DNA from: an uncultured Bacilli bacterium
GTDB taxonomy: Bacteria > Bacillota_I > Bacilli_A > RF39 > UBA660
Reading direction: 5' to 3'
Length of the DNA: 64,000 bases
NCBI GenBank assembly: GCA_934085825.1
Contig: CAKOHR010000004.1
Location: 33,308 to 97,307 of the forward strand
In this document: piece after piece, positions 18,378-29,334 of the stretch
Layout: every line of letters begins with the position of its first letter
Position numbering within the stretch: position 1 is the first letter of the stretch
Program-made: the position numbers and the translations under genes
Notes under the pieces: model-generated
Told to the model about the DNA's origin: nothing
The model's input: only the letters and a program-made list of their open reading frames with translations
Database searches by the model: none

Positions 18378-19619
18378 CTAGTTATCAAAAAAGTACCCAA
18401 ATAATTTTCCTAATAAGGAATCGTCTGAAATGTTTACTTTTTTATGTATTCCACTTAATTCTTCTTGTTCATCAATACTAAATATTGAAAAATCTCTATT
18501 TCTTAGTTTTAACCTACTATCATAATATTTAATTAAACCTACCCCAGTAGAATATTTATTATGTCTAGCGCCAATTTCTGTAACAACTCCAAGTGTAGCT
18601 GTTTTAAAAATATAATTCATTACACTTTTAAAGTCAGCCATTTCTGTTACTCCCCCTGTAATAATTATATAACTAATTTCCTTTTTTGTTAAGAGATTTA
18701 TTTGTTTTTTTGCTAAATTTAGCAATTCTTCTAGTCGTCCCATCACTATTTCACTAGCATCATATTGATTGATTTTAATCTTATCCCCATTTTTGTTTTC
18801 TAAAACTACTGATTCATTAGGCTGGGCATTAGTTTTATTAGCAAGAGCAATAGACTCTTTTAAATAAAGTGCATCTTTTCTGGATATTTTATAAACAAAA
18901 CCAAGATCATAATCTATAGTTTCACCACCCATATCAATTGCTTCACATCCAGTTAAAATTCCTTTATTAAATATAGCAACTGTTGTTTTAGCAGCACCAA
19001 TATTTATAACTGCTCCCACTTCTTCACTATTCTTACTGTTTTTAAATTCATAGTAATCCCCTATTGGGCCAACAGTAACATCTACCGTCGTAACGCCTAT
19101 TTTTTCTAGGCACTTTATTATTGCACTAACATTTTTTTTAGGCACAGTGGCTACAACAACTTTTACTTTGATATTTTCCGCACGCATATGTAATGGATTA
19201 TCCGTTACATCATTATCATTAATTAAAAATTTTGTAGGCAATATTCCTACTATTTCCCTGTTATCCATAACTTTATTATATACAGCAGTTTGCATTGACT
19301 TAATAATATCAGCACCAGTTACTATGTGCTCTTCATTTGTAATAGAAGCATATCCTTCACTTAAGAAACATTCTAAATCATTTGTTGGGCTACTGACAAT
19401 TACTTTTGTTATCTTAAGTCCTATTTGTTCTTCTCCTTTTTTAAAAACATCACTTAAGGCTTCAATTGCACTTTCAGGATTTACGATAAATCCTTTTTTT
19501 ATGCCACGAGCTGGGGTATCTACACAGGCTAATATATTTAGTTTATTACGCATTATTTCGCCTACTACAAGTTTAATAGTATGACTACCGATATCTAAAC
19601 TAGCTATTATCTTCCGCAT
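18378..19619 (-). CDS. ftsA: Cell division protein FtsA
   Basis: Actin-like ATPase [21 protein letters not shown]...; start set at ATG 19617-19619 with GGAG RBS (track ORF extends to 19676). Confidence 0.9.
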   Translation of the reverse strand: MRKIIASLDIGSHTIKLVVGEIMRNKLNILACVDTPARGIKKGFIVNPESAIEALSDVFKKGEEQIGLKITKVIVSSPTNDLECFLSEGYASITNEEHIVTGADIIKSMQTAVYNKVMDNREIVGILPTKFLINDNDVTDNPLHMRAENIKVKVVVATVPKKNVSAIIKCLEKIGVTTVDVTVGPIGDYYEFKNSKNSEEVGAVINIGAAKTTVAIFNKGILTGCEAIDMGGETIDYDLGFVYKISRKDALYLKESIALANKTNAQPNESVVLENKNGDKIKINQYDASEIVMGRLEELLNLAKKQINLLTKKEISYIIITGGVTEMADFKSVMNYIFKTATLGVVTEIGARHNKYSTGVGLIKYYDSRLKLRNRDFSIFSIDEQEELSGIHKKVNISDDSLLGKLFGYFFDN

Positions 19620-19858
19620 GCAAACATCTCCTATTACCTTATAGAACATTATATCTAAAAAAGGCTTTTCGTGCAAGCTATTTTAAAAATTTTTTTAGAA
19701 ACTTGCGACGTTCTAAATTAATTTTAACTATTTTTTGTACAATGACATTTTAAAAATTTCAAAGAATTATAGACAAAGGAGCTTTTTTTTGTTATAATTA
19801 GGTCAGTTCAGTAACTTTATGAATTAATTTATTTTTTAAGAAAGAGGGAATTTTTTTT

Positions 19859-21535
19859 ATGGAAAAGAAAAATAATATTGCCACGAAAGTTATTGCTTTA
19901 GGTGGCTTAGGTGAAGTTGGAAAAAATATGTATGTTGTTGAACACAATGATGAACTACTTATTATTGATGCTGGAGTTATGTTTCCAGAAGATAATTTAC
20001 TTGGTGTTGATTATGTTATTCAAGATATTTCATATTTAAAGAAAAATGCTGATAAAATTAAAGGTTTATTTATAACCCATGGGCATGAAGACCATATTGG
20101 TGGCATTCCATTTTTACTTCAAGCAATTAATATACCTGTTATTTATACACCAAAAATTGCTAAAGATTTAATTGAAAAGAAACTTGTGGAACGTAATATA
20201 AAATATGAAAATTATCAAATAATTACACCAGATTTTAATGTTAAAACTAAGTATTTTGATATTTCATTTATTAATACTACCCACTCTATACCTGATAGTT
20301 TTGCTATTGTTATAAAAACACCAAATGGTACTATTTTTGAAACTGGAGACTTTAAATTTGACTTAACTCCAGTTGGGCCAATGGCTGATATTCATAAAAT
20401 GGCTAAGTTTGGTCAAGAAGGTGTTACTCTACTTCTTAGTGACTCAACTAACGCTCTTACTAGTGGTTACTCTAAAAGTGAAAGCGCTGTTGATGGAACA
20501 CTTAATGATATGATTAGTAAACATCATGGCAGAGTTATTATTGCAACATTTGCTTCTAATATTTATCGTATTAAACATATTGTTGAAAGTTGCAAAAAGT
20601 ACGGCAGAAAAATCATAGTTTTTGGTAGAAGTATGGATAATAGTATTGAACTTGCCCTAAACAATGGACTTATTAATGATAGATCTATGTTTATTGATGC
20701 CAATGAAGCTAAAAGTCTAAAAAGAAATGAAATATGTATACTATGTACCGGTTCTCAAGGTGAACCACTGGCAGCCTTATCTCGTATTGCTAATGGACAA
20801 CATAAACAAATATCACTTTTAAATGATGATTTAGTAATATTTTCATCTAGTCCAATACCTGGTAATGCTGAAAGTATCAACAAAATTATCAATAAACTAT
20901 ACTTAAAAGGTGTTCGTGTATTTACAAATTCTGAATTTAGTGATGTTCATACTTCTGGACACGCGAAAGAAGAAGAATTAAAATGGATGCTTAGAATTAT
21001 TAAACCTAAATACTTTATGCCAATGCATGGTGAATATAGAATGCTTAAAAAACATACTGAAATTGGTGTAATGTGTGGAGTTGCTCCAGAAAACACATTT
21101 ATTTGTACTAACGGTGATGTTATAGAACTTTTAAATGGTGAAGTTAAAAAAGCAGGGACTGTTCAAGCTGGTGATGTTTATGTTGATGGTTCTCGTGTCG
21201 GAGATATTGGTTCTGTAGTTATTAAAGACCGTAAACTTATGAGTCAAGATGGAATACTTATTACTATTTTAAATATTAATACATTACAACGTAAACTGTT
21301 ACTTAAACCTAATGTAACTGCTCGTGGATTTGTTCTTGTTAATGAAAATCAAGAATTAATGCAAAAAATAGAAAGAAAAATTAGTGAAATTGCTAATAAT
21401 GCTTTAAGTAAAGCTCCATATAGTTATATAGATTTAAAGAATCAAATTATATTAGAATTACTTCCATTTATTAATAATTTAACTGGTAGAAAACCTATTA
21501 TATTACCCGTTATTATGGAAGTAAATCAAGCATAG
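19859..21535 (+). CDS. rnj: Ribonuclease J
   Basis: 558 aa metallo-beta-lactamase/beta-CASP; HGHEDHIGGIPFLL motif. Confidence 0.9.
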   Translation: MEKKNNIATKVIALGGLGEVGKNMYVVEHNDELLIIDAGVMFPEDNLLGVDYVIQDISYLKKNADKIKGLFITHGHEDHIGGIPFLLQAINIPVIYTPKIAKDLIEKKLVERNIKYENYQIITPDFNVKTKYFDISFINTTHSIPDSFAIVIKTPNGTIFETGDFKFDLTPVGPMADIHKMAKFGQEGVTLLLSDSTNALTSGYSKSESAVDGTLNDMISKHHGRVIIATFASNIYRIKHIVESCKKYGRKIIVFGRSMDNSIELALNNGLINDRSMFIDANEAKSLKRNEICILCTGSQGEPLAALSRIANGQHKQISLLNDDLVIFSSSPIPGNAESINKIINKLYLKGVRVFTNSEFSDVHTSGHAKEEELKWMLRIIKPKYFMPMHGEYRMLKKHTEIGVMCGVAPENTFICTNGDVIELLNGEVKKAGTVQAGDVYVDGSRVGDIGSVVIKDRKLMSQDGILITILNINTLQRKLLLKPNVTARGFVLVNENQELMQKIERKISEIANNALSKAPYSYIDLKNQIILELLPFINNLTGRKPIILPVIMEVNQA

Positions 21536-21555
21536 AAAAAAGAAAATTAGCTCAT

Positions 21556-22539
21556 CTAATTTTCTTTTTTTGTATTAAATTTTATTAAAAATAAACTTAG
21601 AATAAGCATTATAATATCTATTATTACTTTGATTAATATTATATGTGATTTAACTAAGGATAGAATAATAACACTTATTACATAATTAATTATTACATAT
21701 TTTAAATTAACATGATTATTAAATATCATTTTTATTATACATGATACTATTTTACTTAAAAGTAAGAATAAAGGGATTACATAAAATGCACTATTTATAT
21801 CATAAACTCTAGCAAATATAACTGTTTCTATAATATAAGCGAGTAATGTAAATAGAATATATGATGCAAATAAACGATATACTCTGATTGAGTCTTTAAC
21901 GGGATTAAAATGACTTGTTTCATTATCATTAATATAAATCGTTTCAATAACTACTTCTTTTATGGGTATATTTTTTATCTTTGTTTCTATTAAGACATTT
22001 GTTTCATACTCATATCTTTCTCCGGATACAGCAATTAACTCTTTAGCAATATCTAAACTCATTGCTCTAAGTCCTGTTTGAGTATCACTTACGTTTTGAC
22101 CTACAAAAGAATATAAAACATTTCTAGTTATTACATTACCAAATTTTGAACGTGCTGGTACTTTTTTATCAGAGAAATTTCTTACCCCGAGTACTAGACT
22201 ATCCAAATTTTTCTTGCCAACGTCTGCACATTTTTTTATATCTTTAACACTGTGTTGACCATCACAATCTGCAGTTACTATAACTTTGGCATCTGGATAA
22301 TTATTTAAAATATAATTTATACCATTTTTTAAACCTCTTCCCTTACCTAAGTTAACATTATGTTTTACAACTGGATATTTCTTAGCTAACCTTTTCATGT
22401 ACTCATCATGTTTTTTACTGCATCCATCATTTATAAATACAATATTTTCAAATTTTTTAGTTAATTTTCCTAAAAACGTATCCATTATTTCTTCATTTGG
22501 ATCATATGCTGGTATTAATACCACAATATCTTTATTCAT
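21556..22539 (-). CDS. Family 2 glycosyltransferase with C-terminal membrane domain
   Basis: VLIPAYDPNEE...VIVTADCDGQH (DxD) then 4 TM helices. Confidence 0.75.
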   Translation of the reverse strand: MNKDIVVLIPAYDPNEEIMDTFLGKLTKKFENIVFINDGCSKKHDEYMKRLAKKYPVVKHNVNLGKGRGLKNGINYILNNYPDAKVIVTADCDGQHSVKDIKKCADVGKKNLDSLVLGVRNFSDKKVPARSKFGNVITRNVLYSFVGQNVSDTQTGLRAMSLDIAKELIAVSGERYEYETNVLIETKIKNIPIKEVVIETIYINDNETSHFNPVKDSIRVYRLFASYILFTLLAYIIETVIFARVYDINSAFYVIPLFLLLSKIVSCIIKMIFNNHVNLKYVIINYVISVIILSLVKSHIILIKVIIDIIMLILSLFLIKFNTKKEN

Positions 22540-22540
22540 A

Positions 22541-23629
22541 TCATTCCCCTGCCCTTATATTTGTAATTTTCCATGTATTATTATCTTTTATAAAGTATAT
22601 GTAGTCGTGTAGTGTATCTGTTTGATCTTGATTATTAACTAACATATTTTTTTCTGAATAAACTTCACAAGAAAACGCGTCTTTGCTGTATATTATAAAA
22701 TTATTTAATTTTTCATTAGTAAATATCGGATCTTTTAAAGTGTGTTTACTGGTAAAAGTAATGTCGACTTCATGAGCCCAATTGTAAGCTCTACGACTTA
22801 TTTCTGAACCATCTATAAAGTACTCTTTTATTTTATTATAGCCGTGGGCTAATCCTCCTAGGTCATCTGTCAAAAATAAACTCCAATCATGAACAAAAGT
22901 CCAAATGTCTATTTCACTACTTAAATATTTTTTTGCTTTTTCATAATTATCAAATTTCAAGTAATTGTCTTTAACTTTATATGAAAATTTATTTTTTTCT
23001 AAATTCACTTTTTCTCCGTATTCATCAATAGCTTCAACATTCACTTCTTTTGTTAAATTATTAATTTCATAAGTTTTTATGTATGGCATTGATGTATTTA
23101 AGTACATAAAATCTAGATTCTTATATTTTTCTGTTTTTGCTGCCTGTTCTATTTCTTTTCCATCCACGATAATTTTATATGTTGATGGTGCTGTTATATC
23201 ATAGTAAATTAAACCACGGTCTAGATTTGGAATAATTTTTGTTATTTTGCGTATTTCATAACTAAACATACCTAATTTAGTTTCAGTTTTTAAATATTTA
23301 GTTTCAATATCAAATAGTGTTCTTTCATTTAATGTTGCTTCAAAATTATTCTCATCTTTCTTTTTTATTATAATATCTTTGTCTCTTATTAACTCTTTAT
23401 AATCTTTTAAAAGTGACTCATCTAGGTTATTATCTTTTAAATATTCTTTCAAAGTTGAATCATCTAAATTTGCTATTGACGTTTTTATAAAATTTGTTAT
23501 CTGATTTTTTTCATAAGTCTTTAATGTTATAAATATATAAATTAAAAATACAACACATAAACACATAGCTATTATAGTATAAATGAGTAATATCTTCTTA
23601 TACTTTCTTTTTCTCCTTGATCTTGTCAT
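22541..23629 (-). CDS. Membrane-anchored hypothetical protein (envelope cluster)
   Basis: ORF with basic N-terminus MTRSRRKRKYKK plus one TM; start chosen at internal Met to avoid 40-nt overlap with upstream gene. Confidence 0.45.
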   Translation of the reverse strand: MTRSRRKRKYKKILLIYTIIAMCLCVVFLIYIFITLKTYEKNQITNFIKTSIANLDDSTLKEYLKDNNLDESLLKDYKELIRDKDIIIKKKDENNFEATLNERTLFDIETKYLKTETKLGMFSYEIRKITKIIPNLDRGLIYYDITAPSTYKIIVDGKEIEQAAKTEKYKNLDFMYLNTSMPYIKTYEINNLTKEVNVEAIDEYGEKVNLEKNKFSYKVKDNYLKFDNYEKAKKYLSSEIDIWTFVHDWSLFLTDDLGGLAHGYNKIKEYFIDGSEISRRAYNWAHEVDITFTSKHTLKDPIFTNEKLNNFIIYSKDAFSCEVYSEKNMLVNNQDQTDTLHDYIYFIKDNNTWKITNIRAGE

Positions 23630-23631
23630 AA

Positions 23632-24666
23632 TTAATTTTCCTTTACTACAAATGCGGTTGGTAATTTCCAAGAAGAATTGGAACGATAAAAGGTTACACT
23701 ACTCATTAAATATTCACTTTTATAGTACATTGACGAGGAGCTACCACCATCAATATTAGCTGCATTGATAGCATCATATTCTGACATTATCTCAATTAAA
23801 TCTGAAGCTGTTGCACCAAGGTGTCCATTTTTACCTCTGCCATCAGTTACTAATATTAATACACTTCCATCTTTTCTTTGACCTATCGCAGTTCGGGGAT
23901 TTGCTCCACTTCCTAATCCATTTAATTCTCTTTTTTCACCATTTATTATAAGTTTAACAAAATGATTATTTTTATCTGATGCTTCTTCTTGAAAGGAAAT
24001 GGCATCTCTAATTTTTTCTTCTTTTAACATTTTTTCAACACTTTCGTTTGTCATGCCTTCTAAGTTTATTATTCGAAGCAAATTATTTGCATCAAAACCA
24101 ATTAAATATAAACCAATCACCCCAAGATTTATATCTTGTATTTCACCATTACTAACTGTTACTCCAAGTGGTTTACCACCTTTATTTCCACTTGAATAAT
24201 AAATTCCGCCATTTACCCCAGCAATGGCACCTGATTCTTTAACTAAAACATCCAGTTCTTTGCCATACTCACTCCATGGGTATGTTGTTGCTATACTCAC
24301 TTTGGAAGGATCATTTACTATCATCATTGTGCCTTCAAAATTATTGCCACTTATTTTATGGATTTCAATTAATTCTTTTTCTTTACTAATTTCAGTTTTT
24401 ATCAATTCCGTATTTACCTCTTCATCCATTTGCGATAAAGAATTTTTGTTTACTATTTCTTCTAATTCAGTTTTACTTAAAAATACATTTGCTAAAAATT
24501 TTAATTGACCAGTTTCAAGAATAGTTGTGGCAAATAATTCTTTAGCACTTTTGCTTGGGCCATGACATATTAATATTAACGTAGATATTAAAGCCACGAA
24601 AAGTACACCTAGAGTTATACCTAGAAATGATGCTATTTTGCCTAAAATACTTAATACTTTTTTCAT
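23632..24666 (-). CDS. Phosphodiester glycosidase-family (NAGPA-like) exported protein
   Basis: N-terminal TM, then GVNGGIYYSSGN...ANIDGGSSSSMYY motifs typical of DUF2233/phosphodiester glycosidase domain. Confidence 0.6.
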   Translation of the reverse strand: MKKVLSILGKIASFLGITLGVLFVALISTLILICHGPSKSAKELFATTILETGQLKFLANVFLSKTELEEIVNKNSLSQMDEEVNTELIKTEISKEKELIEIHKISGNNFEGTMMIVNDPSKVSIATTYPWSEYGKELDVLVKESGAIAGVNGGIYYSSGNKGGKPLGVTVSNGEIQDINLGVIGLYLIGFDANNLLRIINLEGMTNESVEKMLKEEKIRDAISFQEEASDKNNHFVKLIINGEKRELNGLGSGANPRTAIGQRKDGSVLILVTDGRGKNGHLGATASDLIEIMSEYDAINAANIDGGSSSSMYYKSEYLMSSVTFYRSNSSWKLPTAFVVKEN

Positions 24667-24760
24667 ACCTATATTTACTTCTCCTTATCCTTTTCTTACC
24701 TATCTATAATATCATAAAACATAATGTAAATAAAGCTTTTTTGGTATAGAAAAGAAGAAA

Positions 24761-26314
24761 CTATTTAGCTTCTTCTTGTACTCTTGTCTCACGAATAACT
24801 GTTATTTTTATTGTACCTGGATATTGCATTTCATTTTCAATTTTTTCCTTAATATCTCTAGCCATTTTATAACTTTTGGCATCATCAACTTCTTGAGGTT
24901 TTACAATTACACGTAGTTCACGGCCAGCTTGCATAGCAAATGTTTTTTCAACACCTTCATAAGAATTGCCAATTTCTTCAAGTTGTTCTAGTCGTTTAAT
25001 GTAATTTTCTAATGAGTCATTTCTTGCACCAGGTCTTGCTGCTGATAATGTATCTGCGATAGCTACTAAAACAGCAATTGTGGATTTGGCTTCTGTATCA
25101 CCATGATGTGATGCTATGGCATCTAGTACAACTTCTGGTTCACGATGTCTTTTAGCAAATTCAAAACCTATTTCTACATGACTTCCTTCAACTTCAAAGT
25201 CTATAGCTTTACCAATATCATGAAGTAGGCCTGCTCTTTTAGCTAGTGTTACATTTTCACCAAGTTCTGCAGCCATAAGACCACAAAGATTTGCTACTTC
25301 AATTGAATGTTTTAAAGCATTTTGACCATAGCTTGTTCTAAAATTTAATTTACCAACTAATGTAACAAGTTCTGGATCCATCTTTGTAATGCCTAAATCA
25401 TTAATTGTTTGATTACCAATTTGGATTATTCTAGCATTAACATCCTTGAGAGTTTTGTCATAAACTTCTTCAATACGTCCCGGATGTATTCTACCATCTT
25501 TGATTAATGTTTCAATTGTAATCTTGGCTATTTCTCTTCGAAGTGGATCAAATGATGATAAACTAATGGCTTCTGGTGTATCATCAATAATTAAATCAAC
25601 ACCTGTTACGGATTCAATAGTTCTAATATTTCTTCCTTCACGTCCAATTAGTCTTCCTTTCATATCATCATTAGGTAGATCAATTGTACTTACTGTTTGA
25701 TTGCCCACAACATCATCAGCATATCTTTCCATGCTATTTACAATAAGTTGTTTAGCAATTTCATGAGCTTCTAATCTGGCTTTAGCTTCTTCTTCCTTGA
25801 TATAGTTTGTTATTTCAAGTTCCATATCATTTTCAACACGTTCCATAATGACCTTGCGTGCTTTTTCTTTACTATATCCAGCAATTTTTTCAAGTTGCGC
25901 TATTTCTTCTTTCATTAGCACATCCATTTTGTCCTCTTTTTCTTGTAATTTTTTTTGTTTTGCTAATAAATCGTTTTCTTTTTCTTGTAGAGAATTATCT
26001 CTTGTTTGTAACATTTCTTCTCTTTTATCAAGATTATTTTCTCTAGTCAAAAGTCGATCTTCGGATTGTAAAATTTCGGCTTTTCTTTGTTTTATTTCAG
26101 CATCGGTTTCTTGCTTGATGCGATATGATTCTTGTTTTAATTCAAGTAAGGCATCTCTTTTGCTTTTTTCAGCTTCTTTTTTAGCATCTTCAATTAATTT
26201 ATTAGCATTTTTCATAGTTTTTGAAGCTTTATTCGAAAGAATAAAATAAAGTACTCCACAACCAATAAGAATTCCAACAATAAGGGATAAAATGGCGAAT
26301 AATATTTTATCCAT
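24761..26314 (-). CDS. rny: Ribonuclease Y
   Basis: N-terminal TM, coiled coil, KH domain, HD domain (HSIEVANLCGLMAAELG...LLHDIGK). Confidence 0.9.
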   Translation of the reverse strand: MDKILFAILSLIVGILIGCGVLYFILSNKASKTMKNANKLIEDAKKEAEKSKRDALLELKQESYRIKQETDAEIKQRKAEILQSEDRLLTRENNLDKREEMLQTRDNSLQEKENDLLAKQKKLQEKEDKMDVLMKEEIAQLEKIAGYSKEKARKVIMERVENDMELEITNYIKEEEAKARLEAHEIAKQLIVNSMERYADDVVGNQTVSTIDLPNDDMKGRLIGREGRNIRTIESVTGVDLIIDDTPEAISLSSFDPLRREIAKITIETLIKDGRIHPGRIEEVYDKTLKDVNARIIQIGNQTINDLGITKMDPELVTLVGKLNFRTSYGQNALKHSIEVANLCGLMAAELGENVTLAKRAGLLHDIGKAIDFEVEGSHVEIGFEFAKRHREPEVVLDAIASHHGDTEAKSTIAVLVAIADTLSAARPGARNDSLENYIKRLEQLEEIGNSYEGVEKTFAMQAGRELRVIVKPQEVDDAKSYKMARDIKEKIENEMQYPGTIKITVIRETRVQEEAK

Positions 26315-26423
26315 TTCAATCCTCCATTTTTCTATAGAATATATTTTTATTTATATCTCTATAAGTCTATTATAAGGGTAAATCAATAAATAATCAAGAG
26401 CAAATTAAATATTGATCAAATAC

Positions 26424-26453
26424 AAAAACGCTAGCATTTGAGCTTAGCGTTTT
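26424..26453 (-). terminator. Terminator downstream of nrdD small ORF
   Basis: AAACGCTAAGCTCAAATGCTAGCGTTTTT on minus strand. Confidence 0.5.
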
Positions 26454-26467
26454 CATATTCTTTTTAT

Positions 26468-26650
26468 CTATTTACTGCAAGAACAAGTTTTGAAAGTATG
26501 TTTTACTCTGTCATGTTCTTCAGCTTTTTTACCATTGTTAAAACGATCTACTGTACCTACCAAATATCCCGTTATTCTTCTAATTCTTTCAAACTCTACT
26601 CCTTCACCTGTAACTTTTTTTGATTTTACTTCTTCTTCTACTTTTTCCAT
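26468..26650 (-). CDS. nrdD: Separate small ORF encoding the C-terminal glycyl-radical segment of anaerobic ribonucleotide reductase
   Basis: MEKVEEEVKSKKVTGEGVEFERIRRITGYLVGTVDRFNNGKKAEEHDRVKH matches the NrdD C-terminus (RRVCGYLG...RPFNAGKQEEVKRRVKH in E. coli; the radical Gly is in TGY); RBS AAGGAAAGGAA; starts 5 nt after stop of large ORF, different frame. Confidence 0.7.
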   Translation of the reverse strand: MEKVEEEVKSKKVTGEGVEFERIRRITGYLVGTVDRFNNGKKAEEHDRVKHTFKTCSCSK

Positions 26651-26655
26651 ATTTT

Positions 26656-28974
26656 CTATTCCTTTCCTTCTAATCTTTTTAGTAAATCAACACTAACTGG
26701 TTCACCAGTTTTTCTTCCACATCTTGGACATACGTCTTTAATAATTCCAACATATCCACAAACTGGATCTCTATCTACTGGGTGGTTAATTGCTCCATAA
26801 CCAATGTCACTTTCTTTCATAATTCTAACAACGCTTTCAAATGCTTCAAGATTGTCTGATGGATCTCCATCAAGTTCAATATAACTGATATGACCTGCAT
26901 TTGTAAATTTATGATATGCTCCCTCAATTCTCAATTTATCGGCAATAGAAATATTGTAATAAACTGGAACATGGAATGAATTTGTGTAATAAGCTCTATC
27001 TGTTACGCCCTTAATCTTTCCATATATATCTCTATCTATATTTACAAATCTACCAGATAAACCTTCAGCTGGAGTAGCTAAACATGTAAAATTCAAATTA
27101 TATTTCTTGCTGTATTCATCACATTTTTCTCTGATATGTCCAATAATTTCTAAACCTAATTTTTGGGCTTCTTCAGATTCACCGTGATGTTCACCAATTA
27201 AAGCTTTTAAACATTCTGCAAGTCCTATAAAGCCAATTGAAAGTGTACCATGTTTTAAAACTTTCTTTAATTTGTCGTTTGGTTTTAATTTGTCACTATC
27301 AAGCCATACACCTTGACCCATTAAGAATGGGAAGTTATATACTCTTTTGTTACATTGAATGTCATATCTTTCAAGTAATTGGTCTTTTACAAGTTCCATT
27401 AATTCATCGAGTTCTTCATAAAAACCTTTCATGTCAGCTTCATCTAATGCATCTTTACCAACTATACCATGTTTAATACCTATTCTTGGCAAGTTAATTG
27501 ATGTAAATGATAGGTTTCCTCTACCTGGTGTAATTTGCTTATCTGGATCAACTACATTACCTATTACTCTTGTACGGCATCCCATATAGCCAACTTCAGT
27601 ACGGAAGTCTCCCGCTTTATAGTACGGTTTGTTAAATGAACTATCTAAGAATGACCAATTTGGAAATAATCTTTTTGCTGAAACTCTCAAACTTAATTTA
27701 AATAAATCATAATTGGGATCACCAGGATTATAGTTAACTCCTTCTTTTACTTTAAATATTGAAATTGGGAATATTGGAGTTTCTCCTTGACCAAGTCCTG
27801 CTTCACTAGCAAGCATATAATTTTTAGTAACCATTCTACCTTCACTAGATGTGTCTGTTCCAAAATTAATTGATGAAAATGGTACTTGAGCTCCAGCTCG
27901 TGAATGCATAGTATTTAGATTGTGTACAAAAGCTTCCATAGCTTGATATGTTCTTCTATCAGTCTTTTCAAGTGACTTTGTTATGGCCATATCAAACATT
28001 CTTTTCATTAATTCTGAATTTTTATAATATTTTTCAAAATAATCTACTGTTATATCAATTGTACTTATTTTAGCAATGTCTTTTTCAATAGTTGACATAT
28101 TAATGTAATCATTTAAGTCTTCTAAATCAACATAATCTTTTATTGAAGTTTTTAACATTTTTTTAAATGTTTTTAGTACTCCTGGTGCTAGATAATAGTC
28201 AAATGCTGGTATTGCTTGTCCACCGTGTTGATCATTTTGATTTGATTGAACTGCTATTGCGGCAAGTGCTGAATAACTCATTATATCATTTGGCTCTCTT
28301 AGATGACCATGTCCTGTTGAAAACCCATTTTTAAATAGTTTATCTAAATCAATTTGCATACAGGTTGTTGTTCCCATTGCTTCAAAATCCATATCATGAA
28401 TGTGAATGTATCCTTCATCGTGGGCATCTGCAAACTTTTTCTTCATTAAATAAGATTTTGCAAATTCTCTTGAAACATTTGAGCCAAATTGAAGCATTGT
28501 TCCCATTGCGGAATTTCCATCTATATTTCCATTTTCTCTTTTAGCATCGTCTTCGGCAGCACTTTTTAAGGCTAAACCTTCTAATGTTTTTAAAAATTTG
28601 TGACTTCTTTTATCTTCTGTAAATGTTTCTCTGGCTTTTGCTCTGTTTTCTCTATAATTTGCAAAATTTTCGTAAACATCATCATATTTGTCTTTCTTTA
28701 GTGTATCTTCAATAATATCTTGAATATCTTCAATTTTGATACTAGCCTTTTCGGCATAATCTTTTTCAATTTTTTTAATAACATGTCCAAAAACTTTTTG
28801 GATGTCATTTGATGAATATTTCAAAATTTCTTCTTCATCTTCGTTAGTGACTTTAATACTATCAAAGCCTTTTTTAATTGCCATGGCTATCTTAGTTTCA
28901 TTAAAACTTACTTTAGAACCATTCCTTTTAACCACTTTAATTGTTTCAAAAAATTCTTCTTCTTTATTCGGCAT
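26656..28974 (-). CDS. nrdD: Anaerobic ribonucleoside-triphosphate reductase, catalytic large part (ends after Zn-ribbon CPRCG)
   Basis: 772 aa; ATP-cone N-terminus, class III RNR core, C-terminal ...DPVCGYVGIIKDVCPRCGRK then stop TAG. Confidence 0.9.
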   Translation of the reverse strand: MPNKEEEFFETIKVVKRNGSKVSFNETKIAMAIKKGFDSIKVTNEDEEEILKYSSNDIQKVFGHVIKKIEKDYAEKASIKIEDIQDIIEDTLKKDKYDDVYENFANYRENRAKARETFTEDKRSHKFLKTLEGLALKSAAEDDAKRENGNIDGNSAMGTMLQFGSNVSREFAKSYLMKKKFADAHDEGYIHIHDMDFEAMGTTTCMQIDLDKLFKNGFSTGHGHLREPNDIMSYSALAAIAVQSNQNDQHGGQAIPAFDYYLAPGVLKTFKKMLKTSIKDYVDLEDLNDYINMSTIEKDIAKISTIDITVDYFEKYYKNSELMKRMFDMAITKSLEKTDRRTYQAMEAFVHNLNTMHSRAGAQVPFSSINFGTDTSSEGRMVTKNYMLASEAGLGQGETPIFPISIFKVKEGVNYNPGDPNYDLFKLSLRVSAKRLFPNWSFLDSSFNKPYYKAGDFRTEVGYMGCRTRVIGNVVDPDKQITPGRGNLSFTSINLPRIGIKHGIVGKDALDEADMKGFYEELDELMELVKDQLLERYDIQCNKRVYNFPFLMGQGVWLDSDKLKPNDKLKKVLKHGTLSIGFIGLAECLKALIGEHHGESEEAQKLGLEIIGHIREKCDEYSKKYNLNFTCLATPAEGLSGRFVNIDRDIYGKIKGVTDRAYYTNSFHVPVYYNISIADKLRIEGAYHKFTNAGHISYIELDGDPSDNLEAFESVVRIMKESDIGYGAINHPVDRDPVCGYVGIIKDVCPRCGRKTGEPVSVDLLKRLEGKE

Positions 28975-29334
28975 AATACTTACCTTCCCTTCACAATTTC
29001 ATTATAGTATACTTCAAGATAATTGTCTATAAAAAATTAATTTTTATTTTTTTAGAAAAATTGTATTTTGCTTTTTTAGGTCTTATTTTTCGTTGTTCGT
29101 ATTTTTTCACAACTTTAAGCAAAGTTAGATATTTACTGGTCAAAAACATCTTTTTCCATTTTTTATTAATTTTTACATTTTTTTACTTTTTTACTTTTTT
29201 CAATTTTCACAAAATTGACATATCAAAATTTTACACTAAAAAATCTTGCAATAAAACTACTAATTTTTACCAAATTTTTCACTTATGCTTGCGAATTTTT
29301 AAGTTTTTGCTATAATATATAAGGAAGTGATTTT

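Noticed and set aside
28975-29334. NrdR boxes in the nrdD-murC divergent region
   Set aside because: Several CACA...TGTG-like stretches are present, but none forms the 16-bp palindromic NrdR consensus in tandem. No NrdR box is called.
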